Shown one piece after another: positions 29,571 through 38,204 of a stretch of 50,843 nucleotides of DNA. The notes under the pieces are model-generated. The model was not told the origin of the DNA. It did no database searches and was given only the letters and a program-made list of their open reading frames with translations. Each line of letters begins with the position of its first letter. Within the stretch, counting starts at the first letter, position 1. Source of the DNA: a virus (taxonomy: Duplodnaviria > Caudoviricetes); the IMG/VR virus record IMGVR_UViG_3300009786_000020, positions 1-50,843 of that record; one strand, written 5' to 3'. Made by a program: the position numbers and the translations under genes.

Positions 29571-30344
29571 CTAACCCTTTATGTATTCGCCCCATAAGTG
29601 AGCTTTACCATTTATAATTTTAATAAGTTGCACTGAAAACTCACCGCCCCTATGAAAATCTACTATAGCAAAACAATGCGCCCAATCGATAGGACGCCCT
29701 TTAAGCCACTGATTCTTCTCTTTGGACATATCCTTCAAGCAACCTATGGACCAAGCCTCTAAGGGCCCTTGTAAGCTCGTAGCAGACATCATCTGTATTC
29801 CATGCCAGTGCCCATACATAACTGAGGTTCCTAGCTTTCTTAAATGGTTTGCAGTATGATACTGCCCGCCATAATGATGCCCATGATAAAAATGTAATTT
29901 ACCTACATGCATATAATCACCAGCTTTATGGTATTTATATCCCCTAGCTTTTAAGTCTAAAACCTTATCGAACTTATAGTCAAGGTAAGGGTGTTCTTCA
30001 ACAAACATGTCAAGCCATTCATCATGGTTTCCCTGAATCATATGCTTAATCTTTACATTAGCCTTGTCAAGGGATTCATCAATATCATCCATAAGAGATA
30101 CTGCTGAGGCTACATCCTTATCCACTCTAGGAATTATATATTCCAATGGTGGTTTCTTTTTTCGTTTCCACTGCCAGTGAGAGCATGAGTTCCATTCTCC
30201 AAAATCACCTAAGTCTATGTAGCCATCTGGCTTGACTATTTCTATTGCTTTCTTTAAGACATTAATAGCCTTTTGGTCGTGCAATGGTGCATGTTTATCT
30301 GGAGTAACAATATAGCGCTTAGTAACGCCTTTATCATTTTTCAT
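29571..30344 (-). CDS. Calcineurin-like metallophosphoesterase
   Basis: PDKH, DLGD, QGNHD, HGH and GHWH motifs. Confidence 0.9.
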   Translation of the reverse strand: MKNDKGVTKRYIVTPDKHAPLHDQKAINVLKKAIEIVKPDGYIDLGDFGEWNSCSHWQWKRKKKPPLEYIIPRVDKDVASAVSLMDDIDESLDKANVKIKHMIQGNHDEWLDMFVEEHPYLDYKFDKVLDLKARGYKYHKAGDYMHVGKLHFYHGHHYGGQYHTANHLRKLGTSVMYGHWHGIQMMSATSLQGPLEAWSIGCLKDMSKEKNQWLKGRPIDWAHCFAIVDFHRGGEFSVQLIKIINGKAHLWGEYIKG

Positions 30345-30357
30345 ATATTAAAAAACC

Positions 30358-30681
30358 TTAATTAAAGTGACTGCGCGGAGGGACCTCCCAGCTTAGCTCG
30401 TCCGTCCACAGATGTTTAACTTGGCTAAACTTGCCGGTAATATACGACAAACTATACCTTAAGTACAATGATAAACATCCATTGCATTCCCATAACACGG
30501 GCTTATCGTGTATGGCTAATAATTCTACCTTATCAAACTCTGTAGAGTGGCAGTGCCTACAAGCCTTCGGCTTATTTTTATAGACTTTCTGCCCTCGTAG
30601 ACCCATCTCTTCCAATAAGTCAACGGGGTTTTGAAAGGTGTCTCGTAATGCTAAGATATTAGCAACCTTAGTTTCTAGCAT
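30358..30681 (-). CDS. Zinc-ribbon hypothetical protein
   Basis: CRHC...CNGC. Confidence 0.7.
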   Translation of the reverse strand: MLETKVANILALRDTFQNPVDLLEEMGLRGQKVYKNKPKACRHCHSTEFDKVELLAIHDKPVLWECNGCLSLYLRYSLSYITGKFSQVKHLWTDELSWEVPPRSHFN

Positions 30682-30682
30682 A

Positions 30683-30838
30683 TTATACTTTTAGAACTTT
30701 CTTAACCTTTGCCCACATTAAATCGTCAAGCTTATTCTTACTGCTTTTAACTAAGTAGTCACCTAAAACGCCTAATAATTGTTTTAATACTTTCTCAGTT
30801 AAAACAGTCCTTAATAACATAGAAATTATACTTGTCAT
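30683..30838 (-). CDS. Small amphipathic protein in the lysis region (51 aa)
   Basis: MTSIISMLLRTVLTEKVLKQLL...SSKNKLDDLMWAKVK; AAGGAG RBS; read by hand. Confidence 0.7.
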   Translation of the reverse strand: MTSIISMLLRTVLTEKVLKQLLGVLGDYLVKSSKNKLDDLMWAKVKKVLKV

Positions 30839-30848
30839 ATACTACTCC

Positions 30849-31124
30849 TTATCTATCTCGATTATTATTCAGTCCATTCCCTGTCAATTTAGACAAGATA
30901 TGTTCAATTCCTTCTATGTAACCTTTAACTTGTTTTACATCAAGTTGAGTTATCTTCTGCTGGTCTATCAGCTTAACAATAATACTCTCAAGCCTTCTGA
31001 AATTATCATCAAGGTCTTCAACTAACTCTTTCTGAATCCAGTGTTGTTGTTTCCATATGAAGTATCCAAAGGCAATACATATTGCTATAGGCAACCCATA
31101 CTGGTCTATAAGAGTTAAGTCCAT
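30849..31124 (-). CDS. Holin-like membrane protein
   Basis: N-terminal TM helix (YGLPIAICIAFGYFIW) plus coiled coil. Confidence 0.55.
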   Translation of the reverse strand: MDLTLIDQYGLPIAICIAFGYFIWKQQHWIQKELVEDLDDNFRRLESIIVKLIDQQKITQLDVKQVKGYIEGIEHILSKLTGNGLNNNRDR

Positions 31125-31348
31125 TAACTAATATGTAACCAGCCCATTTTAATCATAAATGCAAAGAGTCCTACAACTAGGAGGCACACCTTTAGTCCAC
31201 CTGTAAGTTGAGATTTCCAATCCTCTAATCTACCAACTCTTCCATTGGTTCGCTTCACTTGGTCAAGTATTTCATCAGTACGTCTATGAATAGCCTTTAA
31301 CTTATCATGCATCTCGTCCCTTGTTTGTTCCACAGTTAGTGTAGCCAT
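31124..31348 (-). CDS. XhlA/holin-like protein (coiled coil plus C-terminal TM helix)
   Basis: RTNGRVGRLEDW followed by a hydrophobic tail; start at the TAATG junction. Confidence 0.55.
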   Translation of the reverse strand: MATLTVEQTRDEMHDKLKAIHRRTDEILDQVKRTNGRVGRLEDWKSQLTGGLKVCLLVVGLFAFMIKMGWLHIS

Positions 31349-31575
31349 TATGGTGTGTACGTTAGCCATATTGGAGGACTAGGGTCTCCGAATCCATTTT
31401 GGTCATATGGTGTGACCCTATATAGATGAGTACCCTCGACTAAAGACAATTCTCCAGTAAACGAGTACAGAGTATCTGGTATTACAGAAGTAATAGCGTT
31501 GCCATCCAGCCAAGCTCTTCCTATCCAGTTGCCTATAGAATTTTGGTACTGTACATATATCGCACCTAAAGCCAT
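31348..31575 (-). CDS. Small virion protein resembling the C-terminal half of an Ig/FN3-like domain
   Basis: LSLVEGTHLYRVTPYDQNG...S. Confidence 0.5.
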   Translation of the reverse strand: MALGAIYVQYQNSIGNWIGRAWLDGNAITSVIPDTLYSFTGELSLVEGTHLYRVTPYDQNGFGDPSPPIWLTYTP

Positions 31576-32405
31576 TAAGATATATACCAGACTGTACCAC
31601 CAATAGTAACAAGTCTATTTGAGAAGACAGAGTAATTGGCAGGTTCAGATATTACAGCATATCCTGGTTGTATTAAGTCAATGACTATACTGCCGGCGGC
31701 AATATCAGGACTCCAATTACCAGAACGATAATCTCTCCACGCAAAGGAGATGTCCATATTATAAATAGCATCTATAGGAAAAAATGTATCGGATAAAACT
31801 ACTGTTTCCTGAAAACTAATTATAGCGTCCCCATTGTCTATGGTAGTCCAGCCCCAGTTTGTGGAAAGCCAATTAGTGCCCAAATACGCATTGTCTGCAT
31901 ATAATGAATCACTTCTTGCAGTGTTTAGATGTACAGTACCATCGATTGTTTGGGTGTTAGCACCATCATCTAGTTTAATCCGAACTCCAGTAGGTTGCTC
32001 AATTAACGCCAAATCTATATTCGTCTCGATGTCTTCAGGAAACCAACCCTCAAAATCATCTCTTTTGGGGATTCTTAAAGCAACCTTTAGGCCAAAGGTA
32101 TTTATATTGAGACCGGGGTGAGTACTAAAATCTCCAGCATGAAAGGTTTCACTGCCGTGAAACTCTGTAACTCCAATCTCTGTAAGATTGGCCCCGTCAT
32201 ATACTTCTAGCGTTGACGACGCGCCTTCATAATCTACGCCACCTACAGTCGCAATAGGTACAATACTTAAATGAGTCTGCCCGCTTATATCGATATTTGC
32301 AAATTCAAATGCCCCCTGAGCATCGAGTGTAGTTGTTCCAAGAGGAGTACCAACAGCACCTGAATTACCCCCATATACTTTTATAGATGTTGCTATTCTT
32401 GCCAT
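31575..32405 (-). CDS. Virion structural protein, beta-rich/Ig-like
   Basis: Composition and position in the structural arm. Confidence 0.55.
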   Translation of the reverse strand: MARIATSIKVYGGNSGAVGTPLGTTTLDAQGAFEFANIDISGQTHLSIVPIATVGGVDYEGASSTLEVYDGANLTEIGVTEFHGSETFHAGDFSTHPGLNINTFGLKVALRIPKRDDFEGWFPEDIETNIDLALIEQPTGVRIKLDDGANTQTIDGTVHLNTARSDSLYADNAYLGTNWLSTNWGWTTIDNGDAIISFQETVVLSDTFFPIDAIYNMDISFAWRDYRSGNWSPDIAAGSIVIDLIQPGYAVISEPANYSVFSNRLVTIGGTVWYIS

Positions 32406-32918
32406 TTAAATACTCCCTTCATTCCATGCTTCAGTAGCAGGATTATTGTTTTCATTCCATGATATATCATCAGAATTATTATTTTCATTAAATGCCGCAT
32501 TAGCAGCATTAGATGTATCCCAATTGGAACCATTTTCAATCATTGTCATTGAGGCTACGCCAGATATTGCAACAGACCCATATGAAAATATATCATCCTG
32601 GACTGCTTCTACAATACTTTGCCCAACAGTGTCGCCAGCCCATTCCAAATCCCATTCTGCTGATGATTCCGTACCTTGTGTAGTCCATAATGATGATATT
32701 TGGCTACTGCTATTATTCCAATTATTAGCAGGATTATTGTTTTTATTCCACGATATATTTGTGGATTCTGCATTTGCATCCCAATCATGGAGTGTTGGAT
32801 TCCATCCTATAACGTACTTACCATCTTGGTCCCACCCAGAGGAAGATGTATTATTCCCATCATTCCAATTTTGATTGGACCCACCCCCTCCTTGTACTGC
32901 CTGCTCAGTCCATGCCAT
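32406..32918 (-). CDS. Trp/Asn-rich low-complexity repeat protein
   Basis: Trp roughly every 10-11 residues in an N/S/D-rich chain; AGGAG RBS. Confidence 0.7.
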   Translation of the reverse strand: MAWTEQAVQGGGGSNQNWNDGNNTSSSGWDQDGKYVIGWNPTLHDWDANAESTNISWNKNNNPANNWNNSSSQISSLWTTQGTESSAEWDLEWAGDTVGQSIVEAVQDDIFSYGSVAISGVASMTMIENGSNWDTSNAANAAFNENNNSDDISWNENNNPATEAWNEGSI

Positions 32919-32927
32919 AACTGCTCC

Positions 32928-33314
32928 TTAAAAATCGTGTGGACTAATCAAGCCCGTTGAAACCTTCTGTGATTTCACAAAGGTTTTTGCTCTTTTAATA
33001 GCATCTAAATATTGTGCTGTAAAAAACTCACTTAATTGTGGGTTTATAGCGGGCGGTTTCTGGTACCCCAGTGCAATTGCTTTTAAAACTAGTGCCTCAT
33101 GAAACTGTTTAGGTATCTCAGTACAGATTTCTGACTGCCAGAGTGGTCCACTTGTAAAATAAGACGCATTACTTCCATTTACAGGTATAGCAGTAGCATT
33201 TAGTTGCATTACAAGCCCATCACTTTTAACGCTTATCCATTTATTATTGTCTTTTTGTACAAGCGCTATCTGATTTCTATCAATATACCATGCATATTGA
33301 GGTGTAGTTCCCAT
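32928..33314 (-). CDS. Head-tail adaptor/ring-like protein, C-terminal-type segment
   Basis: EIPKQFHEALVLKAIALGY...YLDAIKRAK pattern typical of adaptor C-termini. Confidence 0.55.
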   Translation of the reverse strand: MGTTPQYAWYIDRNQIALVQKDNNKWISVKSDGLVMQLNATAIPVNGSNASYFTSGPLWQSEICTEIPKQFHEALVLKAIALGYQKPPAINPQLSEFFTAQYLDAIKRAKTFVKSQKVSTGLISPHDF

Positions 33315-33580
33315 TAAGTTCCATCCTCATCTTCATTAGGAATACCTGACAGTCGTGGTATTTGCACATTATCAAGCATCAATCGCTTTATTCTTAATAC
33401 ATTGTCTGATAAATTATAATATCTTTGGGCTGCTGAAGTAGTTTGTGTAAAAATAGTCTCATGTATCTCTGTTTCAGCTGTAAAGTTGTCAAGAGCTCTA
33501 TTAAGTAACCTTCTAACCTCAGTATCACCCATAGTAGGATGATGTTGTTTTATTAATTCAATCATTTCTAATTGTTTCAC
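33314..33580 (-). CDS. Head-tail adaptor/ring-like protein, N-terminal-type segment
   Basis: LLNRALDNF...QRYYNLSDNVLRI pattern. Confidence 0.55.
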   Translation of the reverse strand: MKQLEMIELIKQHHPTMGDTEVRRLLNRALDNFTAETEIHETIFTQTTSAAQRYYNLSDNVLRIKRLMLDNVQIPRLSGIPNEDEDGT

Positions 33581-34308
33581 TCGGTAGCTCCCTCCATATA
33601 GCGTTTCAGTTCAGCTTGATAAGCTCCTTGATAGGCCTCTATTTGAGATGCCACTAATGCGACTATCTCATTATCCTCTTCTTCATGTACAGCCCATGCT
33701 AAATAAGCATTTAATACATAGGTCGCTGTTCGAAATAAAACTGCCATCGTTAATTGAGTCGGCATACCTGCAATAATAGATGTCGAAGGCTCAGGCATCT
33801 CTGTAGGATACTCAAATAAATATACCTCTCCAATTGATACACCGCCCTGACTAATAGGAAGAGGTAATATTTGTAATACCGGTTCTCCTCCATAAGGAGC
33901 AACTACATATACAGGACTTTCAATTGTAGCTGCATATATACTATCTTCTATATTAGCATACTGGAACTGTGATATAGTAACCTCTGTGCACTCATAAAAT
34001 GGTCCACCTTCTTGCACCAGATTATCTTGCCTCCGAACATATAACACCTTTGCCCCAGTAACTGGAACAGAGTCCTCAGCAACATTTAATACTATTGGTC
34101 CCGAACAATAGTCTACTAGAGTTTCAGGTGGTAATAAATCAGCCACTTCTGCAACAGCAGCAGCGTACATACCATCTAAGTCTACTTCCCATTCTCCGTC
34201 AGCTAAATGGATGTCACCTAATAGCTCATCTAATCTAGTTGTAAGAGGGGCTGTAAAAACAATAGGAGGTGCCCAATTGCCTGGAACATTAGGTATAACA
34301 TTACTCAT
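33577..34308 (-). CDS. Probable head-tail connector/ring protein
   Basis: Helical ends with a beta insert; position after the head genes. Confidence 0.5.
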   Translation of the reverse strand: MSNVIPNVPGNWAPPIVFTAPLTTRLDELLGDIHLADGEWEVDLDGMYAAAVAEVADLLPPETLVDYCSGPIVLNVAEDSVPVTGAKVLYVRRQDNLVQEGGPFYECTEVTISQFQYANIEDSIYAATIESPVYVVAPYGGEPVLQILPLPISQGGVSIGEVYLFEYPTEMPEPSTSIIAGMPTQLTMAVLFRTATYVLNAYLAWAVHEEEDNEIVALVASQIEAYQGAYQAELKRYMEGATE

Positions 34309-34400
34309 TTACCCTTACCTCCTTGATTATGTTTTCGCCTATCATTAGGCTGTATGCCTTTAATTGGCTTTCCAATCTTATTAGATTTTACTGTTGACAT
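34305..34400 (-). CDS. Tiny basic protein (31 aa, MSTVKSNKIGKP...)
   Basis: Exactly fills the gap between two genes; read by hand. Confidence 0.45.
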   Translation of the reverse strand: MSTVKSNKIGKPIKGIQPNDRRKHNQGGKGK

Positions 34401-34625
34401 CTACTTTTTCTTAGCTTGTGCCTTCGAAGGAGGTGGGCTTGAAGGTGCTTGTTGAGAGCCTGTGAGATTGACTATTACTTCTTTCCCCTTGGTCCTACTA
34501 AGTATTGGTTTGTGTGTATAGTCCTCATGACTTGGCATCATGTCGTCTGGATGAGGTGCCCCAGAATTTGCTTTATTGCCCGGACCTCTCCACCCGTGAC
34601 CTTTTTTATCTAAAATATTTGCCAT
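34401..34625 (-). CDS. Small basic hypothetical protein
   Basis: AGGAG RBS. Confidence 0.65.
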   Translation of the reverse strand: MANILDKKGHGWRGPGNKANSGAPHPDDMMPSHEDYTHKPILSRTKGKEVIVNLTGSQQAPSSPPPSKAQAKKK

Positions 34626-34633
34626 ATTATCTC

Positions 34634-34903
34634 CTAACTTGTTATGATTTTTGAACGTTCATGGACTGATACGACCATATCAGTTTCTATTGTCGTATAC
34701 ACTGCCTTTGTGAATGGGCCATATAGGCTATCACCGGTCTTAACCTTTAGTGCGTTTGTATTGCCATGATTATCAGTCATAGTAATTACTGCTGTTCCTG
34801 CACCTGCGCCACCAGTACATTTAACATAGTCAATAACGCCTTCTACTTCGTCTAAAGCGGTATCCATGACTGTCGAATAAGGTGAATAAAAACTCTTTGC
34901 CAT
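34634..34903 (-). CDS. Small virion (decoration-like) protein
   Basis: AAAGGAG RBS; downstream of the capsid gene. Confidence 0.6.
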   Translation of the reverse strand: MAKSFYSPYSTVMDTALDEVEGVIDYVKCTGGAGAGTAVITMTDNHGNTNALKVKTGDSLYGPFTKAVYTTIETDMVVSVHERSKIITS

Positions 34904-34925
34904 AATTTCTCCTTTGTTAGATTGA

Positions 34926-34941
34926 GAGCCCCGAAGGGCTC
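34926..34941 (-). other. CUUCGG tetraloop hairpin between late genes
   Basis: gagccc-ttcg-gggctc on the - strand; no clear U-tract. Confidence 0.55.
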
Positions 34942-34957
34942 ATAATCATTTTCTTTA

Positions 34958-35329
34958 TTACGATGGGTCAGCTCCGATACCATCACTCATATCCACTGTA
35001 CCTTGAGCTTCAGATGTAATTTCAACATACACCTCAATAAGGCTACTTCCACCTGTTACGTCCTCAACTTTCAGCATATGAGCACCTCTTGGAATAGTAT
35101 AACTACTTCCATTAGGCCCAGTAATTATTTCTTCATATACATATTCACCTGAAGAATCTTTCTGACTATCAGCTGTATGAACTTTAATATCACTTTGCTC
35201 AGAAGAAATAAGCGCTGAAGCTCCATTTAAAGCAAGGGCTGAAGTTGTAGCCTCACTTCCTAAGGAAATGTAACTATAAAGAGTAAATCCTCCACGTTTT
35301 GATTTAACCCATCCTGCACCGCCAGCCAT
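34958..35329 (-). CDS. Virion protein ending DGIGADPS
   Basis: Downstream of the capsid gene. Confidence 0.65.
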   Translation of the reverse strand: MAGGAGWVKSKRGGFTLYSYISLGSEATTSALALNGASALISSEQSDIKVHTADSQKDSSGEYVYEEIITGPNGSSYTIPRGAHMLKVEDVTGGSSLIEVYVEITSEAQGTVDMSDGIGADPS

Positions 35330-35887
35330 CTAAGAAGGGTCCGGATTGTTAACAACTGAACCGGAGAGGTTCTTAGCTGCTGATGAATCTAGATTGAAAT
35401 AAGCCATAAATGCGTCTGCGGCATTCAAATCATCCTCATTTCCTGCAAGGCTTGTAATCCATGTCACCTTTACCCTAAATTTAGTAGCATCAATCAGAGC
35501 TTTATTATCAGAGGAATCCTTACCCTCTAATATCTCTTCTTGAGCAGCTTGTAAAAGTGTGCCTAGGTCATACCAGGTACCTTCAACCTTGCCGGCAGCT
35601 AATGTTGGGTCATACCACTGCCAGCAGGACTTGATTTTCGGGTCCCCTGAAGCAATCGTAGTAAATCTAGAACCTTTCAATAAAGAACCTTTAATAGCTA
35701 GCTCTTCTGAATAAACAGTACCTCCTGCGCCTGATACATCGGGGACGATAAGCGTCTTGCCTAGCACACTTGCGTATTTCCGTGTACCTAATATATCAGT
35801 TTCGCGCCATTGTGCATCGTACTGGCTATAGGACCCCGAAGGGTCCCCACCAATACCGCCAATAATAAGCTTATCTTGGTTAGCCAT
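35330..35887 (-). CDS. Virion protein (capsid-associated) ending NPDPS
   Basis: Immediately after the MCP gene; AGGAGG RBS. Confidence 0.65.
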   Translation of the reverse strand: MANQDKLIIGGIGGDPSGSYSQYDAQWRETDILGTRKYASVLGKTLIVPDVSGAGGTVYSEELAIKGSLLKGSRFTTIASGDPKIKSCWQWYDPTLAAGKVEGTWYDLGTLLQAAQEEILEGKDSSDNKALIDATKFRVKVTWITSLAGNEDDLNAADAFMAYFNLDSSAAKNLSGSVVNNPDPS

Positions 35888-35899
35888 ATCTTATACCTC

Positions 35900-37234
35900 C
35901 TAAACGCCGAATTTCAAGATAGCGTGAGTTTCAGGTAGTGAGATTTCCAAACCAGCTTCTGTGATGATTTGGTCTCTACGACCGTCTTCGTCATTCCCTT
36001 GAATATTCGTTTCGATGAAAGTATCACGAGAAACACCGTTACCAACCAATGGTCGATAAGCAACATTCTTCATATCTACTGCAACAGCATAGTTTTCCCA
36101 AGGTCCACGCAATAGAGGTTCAGCTACGAAATGTAGATTACCAAAGATTGTGTTAACCATAGTTACTTGGTGACCAAATGAACCAGGAATAGTATTGATG
36201 TCAAGCTTATACTGAGATGCTCCTACAGTATTATTCATAAAAGAACCACCACCTAATTTGTTTAGATAAGTGATAATTTTACGAGAAGCTAACACAAGTT
36301 TATTACCTGAGTTACCTGATTCCAATGCGAAGAAGTCTTCCATTGCATCTAAGAATGCATCATAGCCTGATGAAGAATAGCTAAAGTTATAAACTTTACC
36401 ATTTGCTTCAGTGTAAGGTACGATACCATGAGTATAGCGTTCGCCAGAGTCATCTAATAGTGCAGTTGAACCACCGGCACTACCAATACCATACAAGAAT
36501 CCTTGCTCTAGGTCCATCTTGTGTTCCATAAGCTTTTCTGTCCATGTACGTTTAAATTCATCAGCTACACCACGATAGCGAGTTGCCATTGCTGTGCCTG
36601 AGAACATATTGCATGCAGTTTTGAAGATTTGACAGTATCCTTCTGAGTTGGATAAGTCGTCTTCCCAACCAGCAGGTGCACCAGTGCCTTCAGCCCATGC
36701 TGAGCCAATTACTTGACCCTTAGGAGCTGCTGAAAGGTCTAAGATAGAAGAAGCTGCTGTAATATCAGAGCCACCTACCCATGTCAATGTCCAGTTTGTA
36801 GTTGACTCAGCAACCTTATAATTAACAACTGAAACTGCACCAGCACCATCAACATCTGTCTCTAAGGCAATAATTTGCCCTGCTAAGATAAATGGGGCGG
36901 TAACTGCAGTAGTCACTGCTTTGCCTGCACTATCATAAAAACATTTTAATTCTGTTTTTGCAACAGTGAATACACCATTGTCCCCTACAGGACTTTCATC
37001 AGCAGCGCCGTCAAAAACAAAATTACGTCGTTGCCATTGGTGTCTTTGTTCCATAAATTTAAAAACTGGGTCATCAGTCGCTTTCTTTGCTACTTTAGAT
37101 AAGTAAACGAAGAAAGGAGAATGTTGAGGAGCCAGTTCTGCCACTCTTTCACCGAAGTTATACAGTCTACGGTCATTGCCTAACGCAATACCACCTACTG
37201 CATCTCCAGTATGTATACTGAGTACATCACTCAT
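35900..37234 (-). CDS. Major capsid protein
   Basis: SPFFVYLSK, YCQIFKT, KLMEHKMDLEQGFLYG and QIITEAGLEI patterns; follows portal and scaffold; AAGGAGG RBS. Confidence 0.88.
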   Translation of the reverse strand: MSDVLSIHTGDAVGGIALGNDRRLYNFGERVAELAPQHSPFFVYLSKVAKKATDDPVFKFMEQRHQWQRRNFVFDGAADESPVGDNGVFTVAKTELKCFYDSAGKAVTTAVTAPFILAGQIIALETDVDGAGAVSVVNYKVAESTTNWTLTWVGGSDITAASSILDLSAAPKGQVIGSAWAEGTGAPAGWEDDLSNSEGYCQIFKTACNMFSGTAMATRYRGVADEFKRTWTEKLMEHKMDLEQGFLYGIGSAGGSTALLDDSGERYTHGIVPYTEANGKVYNFSYSSSGYDAFLDAMEDFFALESGNSGNKLVLASRKIITYLNKLGGGSFMNNTVGASQYKLDINTIPGSFGHQVTMVNTIFGNLHFVAEPLLRGPWENYAVAVDMKNVAYRPLVGNGVSRDTFIETNIQGNDEDGRRDQIITEAGLEISLPETHAILKFGV

Positions 37235-37262
37235 ATTCTACCTCCTTAAGGTATTAATGTGA

Positions 37263-38204
37263 CTACCAAGGATTATCCTTTTTGTAGCCACTAATCATTG
37301 AATCCATAAGTTGATTAGCATCAGAGATTTCGGGATTACCAGCACTACCAGGCATTACTCCCATTGGGGAAGGTAATTGCTGTGCTTGTGCTTGTTGCCG
37401 AAAAGCGGGACTTGGCTGAGCCACAGGCTCTGCAGGTACACCACCCTTTTGTAATCTATATAATGCAACCAAATTATCCATTGAGACGGAGTCGGGTTTT
37501 GCCATGGTACGCATGAAGTCAGCAGCTTCCTCGTTGCTCATGCCATGATGGCCAGTGACATATTCACCAATTTCTTGGGCTTGTCTGGCTTGTTGGCGTT
37601 GAGCTTCTTGGACATCAGAGGCTTGCTTTTTTTCTGCTTCGATAGTTTCAAACTTATCTTGCATAATTGCTAGCTCATACTGATGCTTTAAACCGTTATA
37701 TTCACCCATTGTATCTTGCCAAGACTCAACTTCGTCGAGATATTGAGCACTCACGCTAGACGGGTCAGACCACGCCTCTTCTCGAGAGAACCCTTGTGGT
37801 TTTCCAGGTTTAACAGGAGGGGGCGGAAATTCTTCAACTTGGCTAGCTGGTTCAGGTACTTGAGCGGCTTCAACCGGGGGCACTGCCCCTACTTGGTCTC
37901 TTAGAGCCTGTAACTCGTTCTCTTTTTGAGCTGCCTGAGATTGCCAGTATTCAAAACGTTTCTCATCGTTTTTAGGACTGTTATCTGTTTGAGCTGTAGG
38001 TATTGCCTCAACTACTGGAGCCTGCTCCTGAGAGGGAGGGGTATCCGTTGTTGTGTTCTCCGTGTTACCAAAAAACGCATCTTCAACGGTAAGATTTTCT
38101 TGAGAGGGGCTCGCTACTGGCTCCGAAGCTACTGGGGGTGCAAATGCACCATCTGTATCATTCGTGTTAGCGCTCGCTGAGGTACCCTGATTAATATCTT
38201 CCAT
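37263..38204 (-). CDS. Capsid scaffolding protein
   Basis: Acidic, P/Q-rich coiled coil between portal and MCP. Confidence 0.75.
   Translation of the reverse strand: MEDINQGTSASANTNDTDGAFAPPVASEPVASPSQENLTVEDAFFGNTENTTTDTPPSQEQAPVVEAIPTAQTDNSPKNDEKRFEYWQSQAAQKENELQALRDQVGAVPPVEAAQVPEPASQVEEFPPPPVKPGKPQGFSREEAWSDPSSVSAQYLDEVESWQDTMGEYNGLKHQYELAIMQDKFETIEAEKKQASDVQEAQRQQARQAQEIGEYVTGHHGMSNEEAADFMRTMAKPDSVSMDNLVALYRLQKGGVPAEPVAQPSPAFRQQAQAQQLPSPMGVMPGSAGNPEISDANQLMDSMISGYKKDNPW

Noticed and set aside
34401-35887. TAG stop-codon reassignment (TAG directly followed by an in-frame ATG at 35330 and 34401)
   Set aside because: TAA-ATG abutments also occur (32406, 38205, 47785), and all long genes are intact under the standard code
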